64,000 nucleotides of DNA from Octopus vulgaris (taxonomy: Eukaryota): positions 32,054,001 through 32,118,000 of the forward strand of contig OX597814.1 in the NCBI GenBank assembly GCA_951406725.2. Reading direction: 5' to 3'. Made by a program: the position numbers and the translations under genes. The notes beneath the pieces were generated by a model. The model had not been told where the DNA came from and made no database searches. It worked only from the letters and a program-made list of their open reading frames with translations. Of the stretch, positions 13,966-27,400 are shown piece after piece (within the stretch, counting starts at the first letter, position 1; each line of letters begins with the position of its first letter).

Positions 13966-13966
<1 letters not shown>
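10640..13966 (+). mobile_element. Non-autonomous Helitron, tandem unit 2
   Basis: Begins TCTATATATAAAA directly after the CTAG of unit 1. Ends with the same hairpin plus CTAG (13963-13966) followed by T. Collinear and highly similar to unit 1. Confidence 0.85.
11470..12586 (-). mobile_element. Nested Helitron family B, head-to-tail pair (11470-12068 and 12069-12586)
   Basis: Two hairpin+CTAG ends (11470, 12069) and two TC starts (12068, 12586). The junction reads CTAG|TC on the minus strand. Confidence 0.78.
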
Positions 13967-14058
<92 letters not shown>

Positions 14059-14077
14059 TGTATCTGCGTGTATACAT

Positions 14078-14285
14078 TTGTGTGTCTGTGTTTGTCCCTC
14101 GAACATCGCTTGACAACCGTTGCTGGTGTGTTTACGTCCCCGTAACTTAACGGTACGGCAAAAGAGACCAATGCAATAATTACTAAGTTTACAAAGAATA
14201 ATTCCTGGGCTCGATTTGCTCGATTAAATGCGGTGCTCCAGCATGGCCACAGTAAAATGACTGAAACAAGTAAGAGTAAAAGAGT
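14078..14285 (+). mobile_element. SINE family A, 3' half
   Basis: tgtttgtccc...cttgacaaccg...ctccagcatggccacag...ctgaaacaagtaagag continues the copy begun at 7270. Confidence 0.85.
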
Positions 14286-16366
14286 ATAGCAAAGAATTTA
14301 CACTACACAGAGCATCGGATTTTGAGATTAGGACAAAATTACTATTACAGATTCGTCCACGAATATCTAATATGATGTTGTTGCTTAAAATTTACATATT
14401 TAATCTACTTTCGAAAAGAGTTGATGTATTACAAATGCTTCAGTCAACAACTTTTGAATCACTAGGTAAAAGAAATATTCTTTTCGGTGTATAGATCTCT
14501 CACCACTCTTACAACGACTTGGTCCACCAGTATCTACTTTCGTTCATTTAATTAATCCTTTTGCTGTAGGGATGTGGCTCTCTTTGAAATTCTATGTCAA
14601 ACACGTAATATTTAGCTGACATTCAAAATTAGTAGTTTCAAATTTTGGCACAAGGCCAACAGTTTGACAGGAGGGGTAGGTCTATTACATCGATCCCAGT
14701 TGGCACCCTCAAATGGCATCGGTCCCAGTTAGATCCGCCAAATGGTATTTATTTTATAGACTCCGAAATAATAAAATGCAAAGCTGACCTCGGTGGCATT
14801 TTTCCCTGCGCGGTAAAATTTCTGCCATCTTGCTGCGCTTAGATTACAATTTAATTTTAAAGGCATCATATTTATCAGTCCATCAGAGCCCTTAAGTTCA
14901 TGAATACCGGAAACCCAAATTGAACGATAAAATATACATGTCAATGGGCAAAATGTTGGGTTTAAATCTGGAATAAAATGGACGTAGTTCGACAGATACA
15001 TGCTGTAATCTAAAAAGTTTAACTGATTGACATATGTGATTGACATGTGAGACAAACAAATAGAATTTACTGAAAATGAAGGGATTACCGACAAAGCTGC
15101 TTGGTAAGCTTACCACTAGGAGAATAGACTCAATCTATTCCCCTAATAGTTTTCTTGGAATTTAGTTACTTTACTAAAAACGGTCATCAAAATAGTCATA
15201 GTCATAGTCATGGCCTTCTAAGATATTTATGTTCATTTTATTAACTTGAATTATCCATCTACATATTCGCTAATTTATTTCACAAAACTCGAATGTTTAA
15301 AATTTCCGATTTATTGAAATTTCATCTCAGCAGGAAAAGCAAACAAATTATTGTTCCTAACAAGTGTAATATATTCATCTTCAGAACTATTCACAGATAT
15401 TTCAATTCTACAAGGATTCCGTAAACAAACTATTTTTAATAATATCAAATCATTGAAATTAATGATTGTTAATGGGTTTTGATGGGTTTAGACATGATTT
15501 GATCCCTAATCATTTGTATCATACAATCGAAAGTAATCTATTCGTACATTTACATATAATCATACATATACATACATAGTCACACATACACATCTACAAT
15601 GTATATAGGTGTATGTGGGTGTCTGTGTATTTGTGTGTGTGTGTGTGTAGCGCGCGTGTGAGAGAGTATTTTGGGGGACCAGTGCAAAAAACGTAGCAGT
15701 TACAACCAAAATTCTTTGAATTATATTTATTGTCAGCCTGCAGAAAAGTACCATCCATTATTGAACAATATTCCTGAGGTATGTATGGAGGCTTGTTTTG
15801 CGAACCTCTGTATAATATCACTGTTAATTCAAGGTTATTACACGATAACAGTAACTCAGTAATTTTATCCATCTATTTTTCTCGATCGATCCATTCATCC
15901 ATCCATCCATAATGCATACATACACACATACATATATACTTACATATACATATACATACATTTATTTATCTATCTATCTAGCTAGCTAGCTAGCTATGTA
16001 TCTATCTATGCGTCCGTCTGTCTGTGGTGTCTGTATGTAAAGAAGTGTTTTACTATTGAAAGTTGAAGATTAAATAAATCTGGTAAGCTTTGTTTTATTG
16101 GAGAAAGATAGGGAGAAAGGGAGAGAGAGAGAGAGAGCAAGAGAGAGAGAGAGAGAGAGAGAGAATAGCAGGATTAAAGAAAATCCTTGATATAGTAATA
16201 GATTATTTGCTAGACAGAGCTTTAGTAAAACTTGCAATGAGTTGATGTAAGGTTTCCTTTACGTAGTAAGCTGACACCTATACTGTGACAGGCTGGTTTT
16301 CATTTTATCTACGAATTTCTGAATTGTTGCTTCTCTTACATATAATGGATATGCGAAAGTGCCTAC

Positions 16367-16428
<62 letters not shown>

Positions 16429-16431
16429 CAG

Positions 16432-17468
16432 TGTTTGTATTATAGTGCATTGCTGTGTCATTCGAAACATTTTATTCTTTACAAACAATACACAATACTC
16501 TCCTATCTCTACGCCTGGGCCAGGCCGAGTTCGCAACTAAGGAGTTGATCAAGCTATCTGAGAAACGTGCTAAAATCGGATTAACTCCCAACACATGCGT
16601 TCGTCATGAGAAAAATCATACACCATCTACACCACTAACCATATGAGTACATACGCAAATTCTCTGAAATAATATCCAGCACTACGTCACCCATTGAACA
16701 TACATACCGAAGGACAACGGCAGATTTATGCCAACGAGGACATGTTGTGAATAGAATACAATGTAGGTAATGCAACAAGTTCCATGTGGGTAGCACGACA
16801 AGACAGTTACATGTCCGGATCAAAGAACATCTGTACACGAGAGCATTCTCTTTCAGAAAACGTTTAGACAGATGCCGGAATACCGACAAATGAAAGAAAG
16901 AAATTTGGGTAATGAAAGAAATTTGGGTAATTTAAGGATTAAGGAAGCTATACTCATGCACAGAATATGGCCCCAAATTAATTACAGGCTGGAGGTTAGT
17001 AATCAATATATCATTTAGCTACATCTGGATGCGTGTAGGTTCATTTTTGATAACATGCTCATGTATTGTTTATAACAGAAAAAAAGGGGGAAAAGGAGAA
17101 GGGGAAAAAAAAGGAAGCTGCACGTATAATACATAACTTAGAAGCAGCGCTAAGGATGTGCCAGCTCATACGAGATTGAGATATGGCCGACCTCATGCCT
17201 TTCTCATGAGGAATTCCGGAAGGAGCTCGTGAGACCAATGCTGAGACACTTCGGGAAAAAAAGAAAAACAGAAAGGCCGTTGGAAAATCGATTTTAGCAG
17301 CGACTCCATCAATTCCTAGTGATACCTGAAGAATGGAATTTTTATTCCAAAATAACGTATTAGACTATGGATGATTAAATTAGAACAGTTATTATAGTCT
17401 ATTGTTTGTATTATAGTGCATTGTTGTGTCATTCAAAATATTTTATTCTTTACAAACAATACACAATG
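16432..17468 (+). mobile_element. Penelope-like element 3' relic (decayed GIY-YIG endonuclease) bounded by ~65-bp direct repeats
   Basis: From 16741 reads HVVNRIQCR*CNKFHVGSTTRQLHVRIKEHL, and at ~16933 LRIKEAILMHRIWPQIN. Direct repeats at 16432-16497 and 17403-17468. Flanked by (TA)n. Confidence 0.8.
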
Positions 17469-17487
17469 CTTCTAGCAGACTACAATA

Positions 17488-17561
<74 letters not shown>

Positions 17562-17738
17562 CATACATACATACATATATATATATATATATTATATACG
17601 TATAAATGAATATATGTATATATATATATACACGCACATATATATATATATACTTATATATATATATATGCACAGATATATACATACATACACATATATA
17701 TGTATATGTACATATACATATATTTATATATATACATT

Positions 17739-17837
<99 letters not shown>

Positions 17838-18409
17838 ATCAATACATGAGATATGGTAATAAAGATAAAGCACATACTTTTATATGCGTATCAACACCGA
17901 TTCCTTTTATTGCGTTCTATTTACTATCGTCTACGATCATATTCTTTCTCATCTATAAAGTGTTCGATCAAAATATTTTTCTCAACTTAACGTATCAGAT
18001 TACTGCCAGCTTTTCCAATTATTAATCACTGTTTTCCTCTATTGTTCTTTTATATTTTTATTGAAGCATTTAACCTACAACGGATAACAAATGATTATTA
18101 CATGTGTATATGAAAATCAGCGAACCTAACACAATTTAGAACGCGTTGCAAGCACATCTCGTTGCTGGCAGGCATATTCACAGATATTTTATTACCCTCT
18201 CATTACTAAGACAAGTAAGTGTCGATGTTTGAGAAATACCATTAATCTGACTAATTTGAAGCTCTGCCATCTAAATATTAGTTTTGTATTTAGTGCCTCC
18301 AGGCTACAATCTTTAGACAAATCTATTCTGATATTTTATATCTGAAATGCTTGGAAAATTTTAAAATGCGTTGCAATTAATTTTTAACTGGCGAAATAAT
18401 TTTAGTTCA

Positions 18410-18526
<117 letters not shown>

Positions 18527-18779
18527 TTTACGCATATCCGAGTGTACTTTCTTTATACGCACTTATATAAGAGAGTTAAATATTAAATGAAGAAACTCGC
18601 CTTGCATAAAAGCGTTATTCTTCTTAACATTATTATTATTATCATCACTATTTTCAGCTTTACATATCAGGACATTGATTTATTTGCAGTGGTCCCAAGA
18701 AAACTGATCATGATAGTTATCACCCTTACGTTTGAGTCTATAGTGTTGTGTTTCATTTCCAATGATGGGTTTTAGCATT

Positions 18780-19260
18780 TTCCACATTCTCGTTCACTGT
18801 CTTTACAATATTCTGGAATACTGGTGTAACTACATCGTGGAAGGCCCATACTTTGAACTCCTTCCATAAGAGAGTGGTATTTGGTCATTTATATTGAGCT
18901 TTTTATTCGTATCGATTAAAATATTCTGGGCTAATTTCTTCCTGTGACTCCTCAGTTTGAGGTACACTAAGGTCTTCTTCAGATAGTGCGTTTCTTCCTT
19001 CCATATCCAAGCGCCACTGATTCTCTTGTTCAACGGGTATTTCTTCTGCACCCGTCGTCCCATGCAGCACTCTCGTACAGCCATTATAATTTCTTCTTGT
19101 TCAATCTTTTATATTCGTTTCTTGATCTTAATTCGTTTCCTCTGACCAGCCCGTCTTTGTTCACTAACATCCTTCATCGCATCATGTAATACTTTATTGC
19201 TGGGTCCTAGTAAATGTTTTCATGCAATCTCGTTTCTTTGATTCACTTCTAAATATCACT
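18780..19260 (-). pseudogene. Highly decayed LINE (RTE/L2-like) ORF fragment
   Basis: Minus strand, across a frameshift, gives IEQEEIIMAVR...GAEEIPVE, resembling the pre-RT 'EEI..A....G.D.IP.E' motif. Confidence 0.35.
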
Positions 19261-19303
19261 CAAACTATGATTTGTTGTTCTTTTATGATTATTATTATTA
19301 TTT

Positions 19304-19835
19304 AGGTGGCGAGTTGGCCGGATCGTTAGCAAGCCGGGGCAAATGCTTAGCAGTATTTCGTCCGTCTAGACGTTCTGAGATCAATTTCCACTGTGGTCGA
19401 CTTCGCCTCTCATTCTTTCGGAGTCGATAAAATAAGTACCAGTTTAGTAGTTGGGTCGATGTCATAAACTTACCCCTCCCTGAAATCGTTATTATTGTTG
19501 TTGTTGTTGTTGTTGTTCTGGCACTTTATATTCTGAGTTCAAATCACCACGATGTTGACATTGCCTTTCATCATTTTCGTGGGGTCGATGAAATAAGTAT
19601 AAGTTAAGGATTGGAGTCGATATAATCGACTAGCGCCTCCCAACAAATTTCAGGCCGTGTTACTATAGTACAAAGTAAGGCTGCGTGCTGGTAGGATTGT
19701 TAGCACGTTGGGAAAATGCTTAGCGGCATTTCGTTCGTCTTACGTTCAGCTGAGGTCGACTTTGCCTTTCAGTCGATTTTGCTTTTCATAAGAACCAGTT
19801 GAGCACTAAGGTCAATGTAATCGATATACGCACTT
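19304..19835 (+). mobile_element. Cluster of three decayed family B (Meta-domain-like) SINEs
   Basis: Repeated ggtcgactttgcctttcatc...ggtcgataaaataagtacc cores with ggcg(a)gctggcagaatcgttagc-like heads. Confidence 0.75.
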
Positions 19836-19927
19836 TCACGCCTTGCACCTACCGTAGAATTACTATTATTATTTGTGGCGAAAGAAGTTGTTCCGTGGAC
19901 GAAGCTGAAAGGCATGAGGACTGATAT

Positions 19928-20152
19928 ACTCTTTTTCTCTCTTACACTTTTACTTGTTTCAGTCATTTTGACTGCGGCCATGCTGGAGCACCACCTTTAG
20001 TCGAGCAAATCGACCCCGGGACTTATTCTTTGTAAGTCCATTACTTATTCTATCGGTCTCTTTTGCCGAACCGCTAAGTGACCGGGACGTAAACACACCA
20101 GCATCGGTTGTCAAGCAATGCTAGGGGGACAAGCACAGACACACAAACACAC

Positions 20153-20183
<31 letters not shown>

Positions 20184-20354
20184 CATATATACGACAGGCT
20201 TCTTTCAGTTTCCGTCTACCAAATCCACTCACAAGGCTTTGGTCGGCCCGAGGCTATAGTAGAAGACACTTGCCCAAAGTGTCACGCAGTGGGACTGAAC
20301 CCGGAACCATGTGGTTGGTAGACAGGCTACTTACCACACAGCCACTCCTGCGCC
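19928..20354 (-). mobile_element. SINE family A (full length)
   Basis: Reverse complement of the 3953-4379 copy. Confidence 0.92.
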
Positions 20355-20364
20355 CTATATATAT

Positions 20365-20830
20365 ACTTCTTTGGTAGAGCTCTCATTGATTTTTTTAAAG
20401 TTTCACTTGTAAAGGAAATTGAGATTGGAAAAGGAAGTGCTGTCGAGTGAGTTCATTGAAAGATGGGTGAAAGTTGCGAAAATGGCAAGAGTGGATGGTA
20501 TCCCTCTAAGTGTAAACCTGTGAGCGGGAGAGAAAGAATTGGAGAGGGCACTTGCTCCTGGCTTTCAGAGAAATCTCGGATAGTGGGGTTCATCGATTAT
20601 CCCTAGAGGCCTTCCTGTATCAAGAGATCCACTTCTCCATCACTCTCCCCGCCACTTCTTTAACGTTTGTATGCTTTTGTATACTTCTTTTTTAACGTTT
20701 GCCTCTTCTTTTTCGGTAATACATTCTATTTTCTTTTTTCTTATTTCATTATATGTAACCCCCACACTTTATAACTGTCTTGTATTGCCCTCTCATCTTT
20801 CGCCCTTGTGGCAAATAAATGAAATCATTA
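20365..20830 (+). mobile_element. 5'-truncated Tx1/L1-clade LINE 3' end
   Basis: Reads KFHL*RKLRLEKEVLSSEFIERWVKVAKMARVDGIPLSVNL*, like the Tx1 ORF2 C-terminus (R..LE.E.....F.ERW). Pyrimidine-rich 3' UTR ends gcccttgtggcaaataaatgaaat then (ATT)n. Confidence 0.6.
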
Positions 20831-22829
20831 TTATTATAAATATTTTTTATTATTATGCCCATTATTTTAACTAGCATTATTACTATAGATGGTGAGTTGT
20901 AATTATTTAAATTGTTTAAACGTATATTTTCTCAAGTGTAGACATATTAGAGCCTGTTGCTGACTTGTGTTTCTGAGAGTAAATTTAGAAGTGAAAATTT
21001 GACACATTTCTTTCACACAACGGCCACATCTATTATCACATATTCCATACGATTTTGCCTTATTATTCCCAACCAATAGAATATACTTTGTCACTATCTT
21101 TTAGTGCCTAAATTAATTTACTAAGGCTAGTAGTGTTCATCTTGTCCCTATATCTAAACGAATTTTAATGACTGACATTTCTTCTGATTGACAAGTATTT
21201 GTGTTGTTGCGAGTGTAGTAATTGCCAAGGAGCATTTTTCAACTTTCTGTGCCCCAATCTAGTCATCTTTGTAGCCAGATCCTGATAATTTTTACTTGTC
21301 TCAATTTCCTTGATATACACTCTACTTTCATATGGGAAAAATAAAACTAAACAATTCATCTGCTATGTGCTGCGACTAGTTGGTAATTTCTAAAGCAATA
21401 TTAGATATGTATTAGGCTGCAAAGTTTCCCTTCTTATTTATTTTAAGTGTTAAGCCCTTCCGTATGACCACTGTACTTCCTTTTCTCATACATACTGGTG
21501 ATTCATTTTCAGAAGATTCAGAAAAACAGAGGATTATAGGTTGAGCGTGTTTCTGTGAAATTTTTTATCCTAAATCTCTGAAAATTCAAGTACAGAGATT
21601 TTCCAAATTAATATATTTTAATAATCCTTTTCATTTCTGCTTCCGTAATATTCACATATTAAGGACTGTTCCGAGAGGCTCTCATGACACTATTTATTCC
21701 TAAGTTTGCTGTCGTCGTTCCAGACAAAGCAAAATTGAAGTCAATTATTGAACAACTCTTTTCAAAATGAGAATTCAAATCTATTGATGTTTCTTTTCCT
21801 TATATTTTTTTAAGAGACTGAAGGTTAGTCAATCCGCCGCATGGTTCTGTTAGATCTAATGGAATAGGTGTTGCACAGCGGAGGATGACACGTGAGAATC
21901 ACCCTGGAACAGTTACTCCGACTCACTGAACTTGCACCTACAGGTAGCAGCAGCCTGACCATTGCCACAGACTGACCACTGTCTTACCAGATTTTCTTTT
22001 CTTTTAAACTTCAAAAGAAGTTCACTTCACTTAACTGAGCAAAAGTTATTTTCTGCTTCTGCGTTTGTTATATCATCCAAGTGATCATCATCCTCATTGT
22101 TCCCTTGTTGGTAACGTTTTCTTTCATTATTTCTGCTGAGCCAGTTTCGTGAATATTGTTTTATTCGTCGTTGGTATCTTGATGTGTTTTCTTTAGTTTT
22201 CCCGATAGTGGATCAATTTATCATTTTATCTCCTTCTTAGCTGGTTGTCAACTTCTACGTTTGATACGGTACTTTATTTGAGCTTTTCCTTTCTTTCCTT
22301 TCACTGTCTTCTCTTCAGTTAAACATTTATCCTTCCGAGATCGAAATGGCTTATTGCTGTTGAAAATAACGAGATATCTAGTGAATATTTAATCCCAAGA
22401 CAAGGAATTGCAAAGCAAATGATGCCCTTCAGTATTTACCACGTATTAAATTCTACATTTCTTTGTGTCAAGCATAAATCTTCATTTAAACATAGACGTA
22501 GGAGAAATGTCAAAGTAAACGATTTAATTCATATACTTCTACAAGGAAGAGAGATTCCAAATTGGAACTAACTTCACATATTATAGCATTTAAGAATAAG
22601 TACATTATCATAACAACTTCATGTAACTTCTTAAATGATGACAAATTTTGAAACCTGTCGGAAAATGAAATACATTTAATTAGAAATATATTAGTTAATA
22701 AGCAATTGACATCACTAACATGGATTTCTCTCAGTAAACTTTAATACAACTGTACTCCAAACAGATTGAGATCACCAATACAGATCGTAATCTTCCCAGG
22801 AACTTATCAAATGGATATCTGCATGAATA

Positions 22830-23243
22830 GGCGCAGGAGTGGCTGTGTGGTAAGTAGCTTGCTAACCAACCACATGGTTCCGGGTTCAGTCCCACTGCGT
22901 GGCATCTTGGGCAAGTGTCTTCTGCTATAGCCCCGGGCCGACCAATGCCTTGTGAGTGGATTTGGTAGACGGAAACTGAAAGAAGCCTGTCGTATATATG
23001 TGTATATATATGTATGTGTGTTTGTTTGTGTGTCTGTGTTTGTCCCCCTAGCATTGCTTGACAACCGATGCTGGTGTGTTTATGTCCCCGTTACTTAGCG
23101 GTTCGGCAAAAGAGACCGATAGCATAAGTACTGGGCTTACAAAAAAAGAATAAGTCCCGGGGTCGAGTCGCTCGACTAAAGGCGGTGCTCCAGCATGGCC
23201 GCAGTCAAAGGACTGAAACAAGTAAAAGAGTAAAAGAGAGAGT
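22830..23243 (+). mobile_element. SINE family A (full length)
   Basis: Family consensus match. Flanking atgaata repeat (22823-22829 / 23244-23250) is a possible TSD. Confidence 0.92.
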
Positions 23244-24296
23244 ATGAATACATAGATACTTAAATATGTGTGTGTGCATGTAAGTATATATGTATATACA
23301 CATACACACACACAAACAAACACACACGCACCCACACACAAACATGCACACACACACAAACATGCACACATATATACATACATATGTATACATAAATATG
23401 CACACGCGTGTGTGTAGGTAGATATGTATATATAAAAACACATGAGCATGACTTCCACTCATATATTTACCTAATATAATCTAAGGTGAATTCATCTCAT
23501 TAAACTACAGTTTTCATTAATAGACTTGCGTTAATATAGTTTATTTACTGCAGATACTATAGTGTTTGAGTAAACGATGTGGTGCATTGATATACTAAGT
23601 TATCTTAAAATTTTATCAATTATTGAACAAGTTGTAGTTACCGTATACGATAACAAAACGTAAAGGATATTTGATCCACTGTGCATAAAGAAACATTTTA
23701 AACCTTTTTAAGCGTGAATAATTGTATCAAGTAGAATCCCGGCTTTTTGCCAATAGGTATTTCAAAATTTATGAAGTTGGCGACGAAAAAATTAATTTCA
23801 GTACGTTTATTTAAGAATAACATTTAAGAGCCAAAATTTCGCTCCTCATTTACCTTTTAAAGTTTTGTAAACAGCATTAGAGAAAGGTACTTCTCGACTG
23901 ATCTAGAGTTTATTAGAGTTGACAATGGATAAAGTAATCGATAGTTAATTTGGTGACATGTTTGATATCAAAAGTTACTTATTATAACAAATACATGTAT
24001 TATTGTTGGCATAGTACCAGCACTGCACCCAGTAATGTAAAGTAATGTCATACTCTGATCTAATTTTCAGAGACTGTATGTATTTTGATTAGTCATGTGT
24101 TCAAAGACTTTTTCGAGATATTTGAAACACTGTAGATGCTGATTAAACAGTCTCTTAAATACATTTCCAGTTAATAAATAATCTTTGGATACAAATTTTT
24201 CACCTGTAAGTACTTTTGCACATTAAAAATTTGATTTCGAGCGCCATAAGTTATTCACTGGAAGATTTACTCGATTAATATTGATACATGACCTAA

Positions 24297-24679
24297 GATG
24301 GTGACCTGGCAGAGACGTTAGCATGCCGGGTGAAATGCTTAGCGATATATTCGTCTGTTTTCACCTTCTGAGTTCAAATTCCGCCGAGGTGGACTTTGCC
24401 TTTCATCCTTTCGGGGTCGATAAATTAAGTACCAGTTACGCACTGGGGTCGATGTAATCAACTTGATCCGTTTGTCCTCTCTGTGCTTAGTCCCTTGTGG
24501 GTAGTAAAGAAATAAGTATTTCGTCTGTCGTCACGTTCTGAGTTCAAATTCCGCCGAGGTCGACTTTGCTTTCATCCTTCCGTGGTCGATAAATTAGGTG
24601 CCAATTGCGTACTTGGGTCGATCTAATCGATTGGCCCCCTCCCGCCAAAATGTCGTGCCTTGTGCCTAGAGTAGAAAAG
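24297..24679 (+). mobile_element. Dimeric SINE family B (Meta-domain-like), two cores with different tails
   Basis: Two ttctgagttcaaattccgccgaggt(g/c)gactttgc cores. TSD-like aatattgatacatgac (24277-24292) / aatattgttatatgac (24680-24695). Confidence 0.85.
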
Positions 24680-26799
24680 AATATTGTTATATGACTCAGG
24701 TGTGTAAGATAAAAAAGATGGTTTAGGTTTTTACTTTTGATTTATGATTATTCACTAAGTCCTGCATTAATAAATATATAACTATGTTTATATATACTTA
24801 CATACTGAATGAATGCAATATTGAACGAAATTATTGAAAGTCCTATATTTTTACGTATCTGGGAATTGATATTATAAGACGAAATTTATCTTCAGGTATA
24901 CGTCGCATTAATTGTAATAGGGGAGTTCCAAGTAATTTTAAGTTAAACTACGAAGTTTATCCTCTTCATGAAAATACTACATCGTTTTTATAGTTTCGGT
25001 TCCACCTGCTTAGTTACCTAACTACACATCTATCTATTCGTTAATGTATGTAAGTATGTAAGTATGTATGTATGCATGTATGCATGCATGCATGTATGTA
25101 TGTATGTATGTATGTATGTATCGCTCTACATGTGTGTTTGTGTGTGTGTTTGTGTGAGACATTATGTGTTATCGTTGAAATACTCCAAAAAGATTGGAAC
25201 GTACATTAAGTCCGAAACAAGGATATTGTGAAAGAGACCCGTCTAAATACACACAATCTTTAAATATTTGCGATCGTTCATAACATAAAGTGTTAAAGTT
25301 TTCGTCGCATTACTACAGCATCATCGTAGAGACGGTTCCGCTGCAATTAAGTGTAGTTTCAAATGATGAAATTTATTCAAAGGTAGCTCTTACATCACGG
25401 ATATATGAGAAACACTGAAATATTTTGCTCATTGTATATTTTAAAGTTTAGTAATATGTACATTGCAGAAGTTCAGCTTATTTCGGAGCTAATGCTTCCA
25501 AAATCATGAGTTATAGGCTATCATTCGCTACCTTGTTACACTTGTGAGTGGCATGAAAGATCTTCTTTCATTCTTATTCATGTAGTGTCATCTATCTCTC
25601 TCTTTCTCTCCTATTTTTTCTCCACCTCCCCTTCCCGTTCGTCGTGATCGTTGCCATCTTCATCATCAGTAGTAGCATCAGCTGTAGTTATCATTATATT
25701 CATTATCAGAATCTGCATCAAAAGCTATCAACAGCAAACCATGTGCCTCTTTCAATGTAATACATACTAAATGAAAATCAACGAATGGTATCATTATCAT
25801 CATCAGTATTAGTGACTTCGTCGTCATCGTCATGGATGTCGTTATCATGTTGGTCATCATCTTCAACATTACCATAATCAATATTCTTTCTCTCATTATC
25901 ATTATCAACAGCAACGACCAAACTATTATCATTAACGACAACATCAACCACAAGAACAACAAAATGAAGATAACGACCACCACTGCCGTAGTAGCAAGTT
26001 TTACCGAGACGTTTCTCACGTTCCTCTTCTCCTTAAACAGAACGGTCTTTCTTGCGTAGGCAACGCCTTTTATCCCAGAACCAACCACTAAAACAAATGC
26101 TGTCAAAGCTACTGATAAAAAGCAACTAAATTATTAGCAGCTACCAAAAAAGTAAAAAAAAAAAAAGAGAATAAAACTATGATAAAAAGCAAAGGAAAAT
26201 ACAACACTAATAATAACAACAAAGACAACAGTAATAACGACAGCAGCAGATAAAGAAGCGATGATTAGTGACATTAATGAATTATTGAATGCTTTTGTCA
26301 CACTATTCTTTAGTTTCAGGGGTAACAACTCCTGCGTGTGATGTCGAAGCTGCCAGCTACAATATTAACGGCGAGATAATGTACCTCATGTCTTGTGGAT
26401 TTCATCCAACAAGCACGAATGGTGGAGTCGCTTTAGTATTAACGTATTTTCCTTTCAGGACATGTATGCCATCATTAGTTGTTCTTTCTTCTAATGCTTT
26501 CTTCCAAATTTTCTTTTTCTCTAGTGAGTATGTATGTTTTGTATTTGTTGGTTTCTTGTTTTGTTAAGAATATTTTTTTTTTATTTCTTTCCTCTGTTTA
26601 GCTGCTATCTCCAGTTATGCTACCGTGTAGATATATTATTCTATGTTCCCACATAACTATTAAAACATTTACATGTCTCTCTGTAAATCTATCTCTCACT
26701 TTATCTACCAGTCTGTGTATTATATTCTTTCACACATACATACACTAATCACACTCGCACATATATATACACACATATTTATGTATATATCTTATATGT

Positions 26800-26864
<65 letters not shown>

Positions 26865-27283
26865 GTATGTATATATGTATTTATATATATATATGTTTGT
26901 GTGTATATATATATATATAGACAGAGAGAGATAGAGAGAGAGATAGAGGGAGAGACTGACAGACGGAGGAAGATAGAGAGATAGAAAGCACAGAGATAAA
27001 TAAAACAAATTTATATCAATATACATGCAATGATATAATATAGCTATACACCGAGAGACACACACACTCACTTGCACACACAAAGACCCCCCACCCTCAC
27101 CATATATATACTTATATGTATATGTTCAGACGTATATGAACATTTATGTATTTGACGATTTGGATTGAGACAATAGTGCTTGATAAGTGTTCTTGTATTT
27201 TTTCGACAGTGCGATGTGTGCCCGTTTTTACGTGTATATATTTATATGTGTATGTATGTGTGTGTATGTGCTTGTGTAAGTGC

Positions 27284-27284
<1 letters not shown>

Positions 27285-27376
<92 letters not shown>

Positions 27377-27400
27377 TGTGTGTGTCTGTGTGTGTGTGTG
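27285..27400. repeat. (TG)n microsatellite
   Basis: Directly visible. Confidence 0.95.

Noticed and set aside
25678-26330. 142-aa hydrophobic ORF and neighbours
   Set aside because: Translation of degenerate (ATC)/(AAC) triplet repeats.
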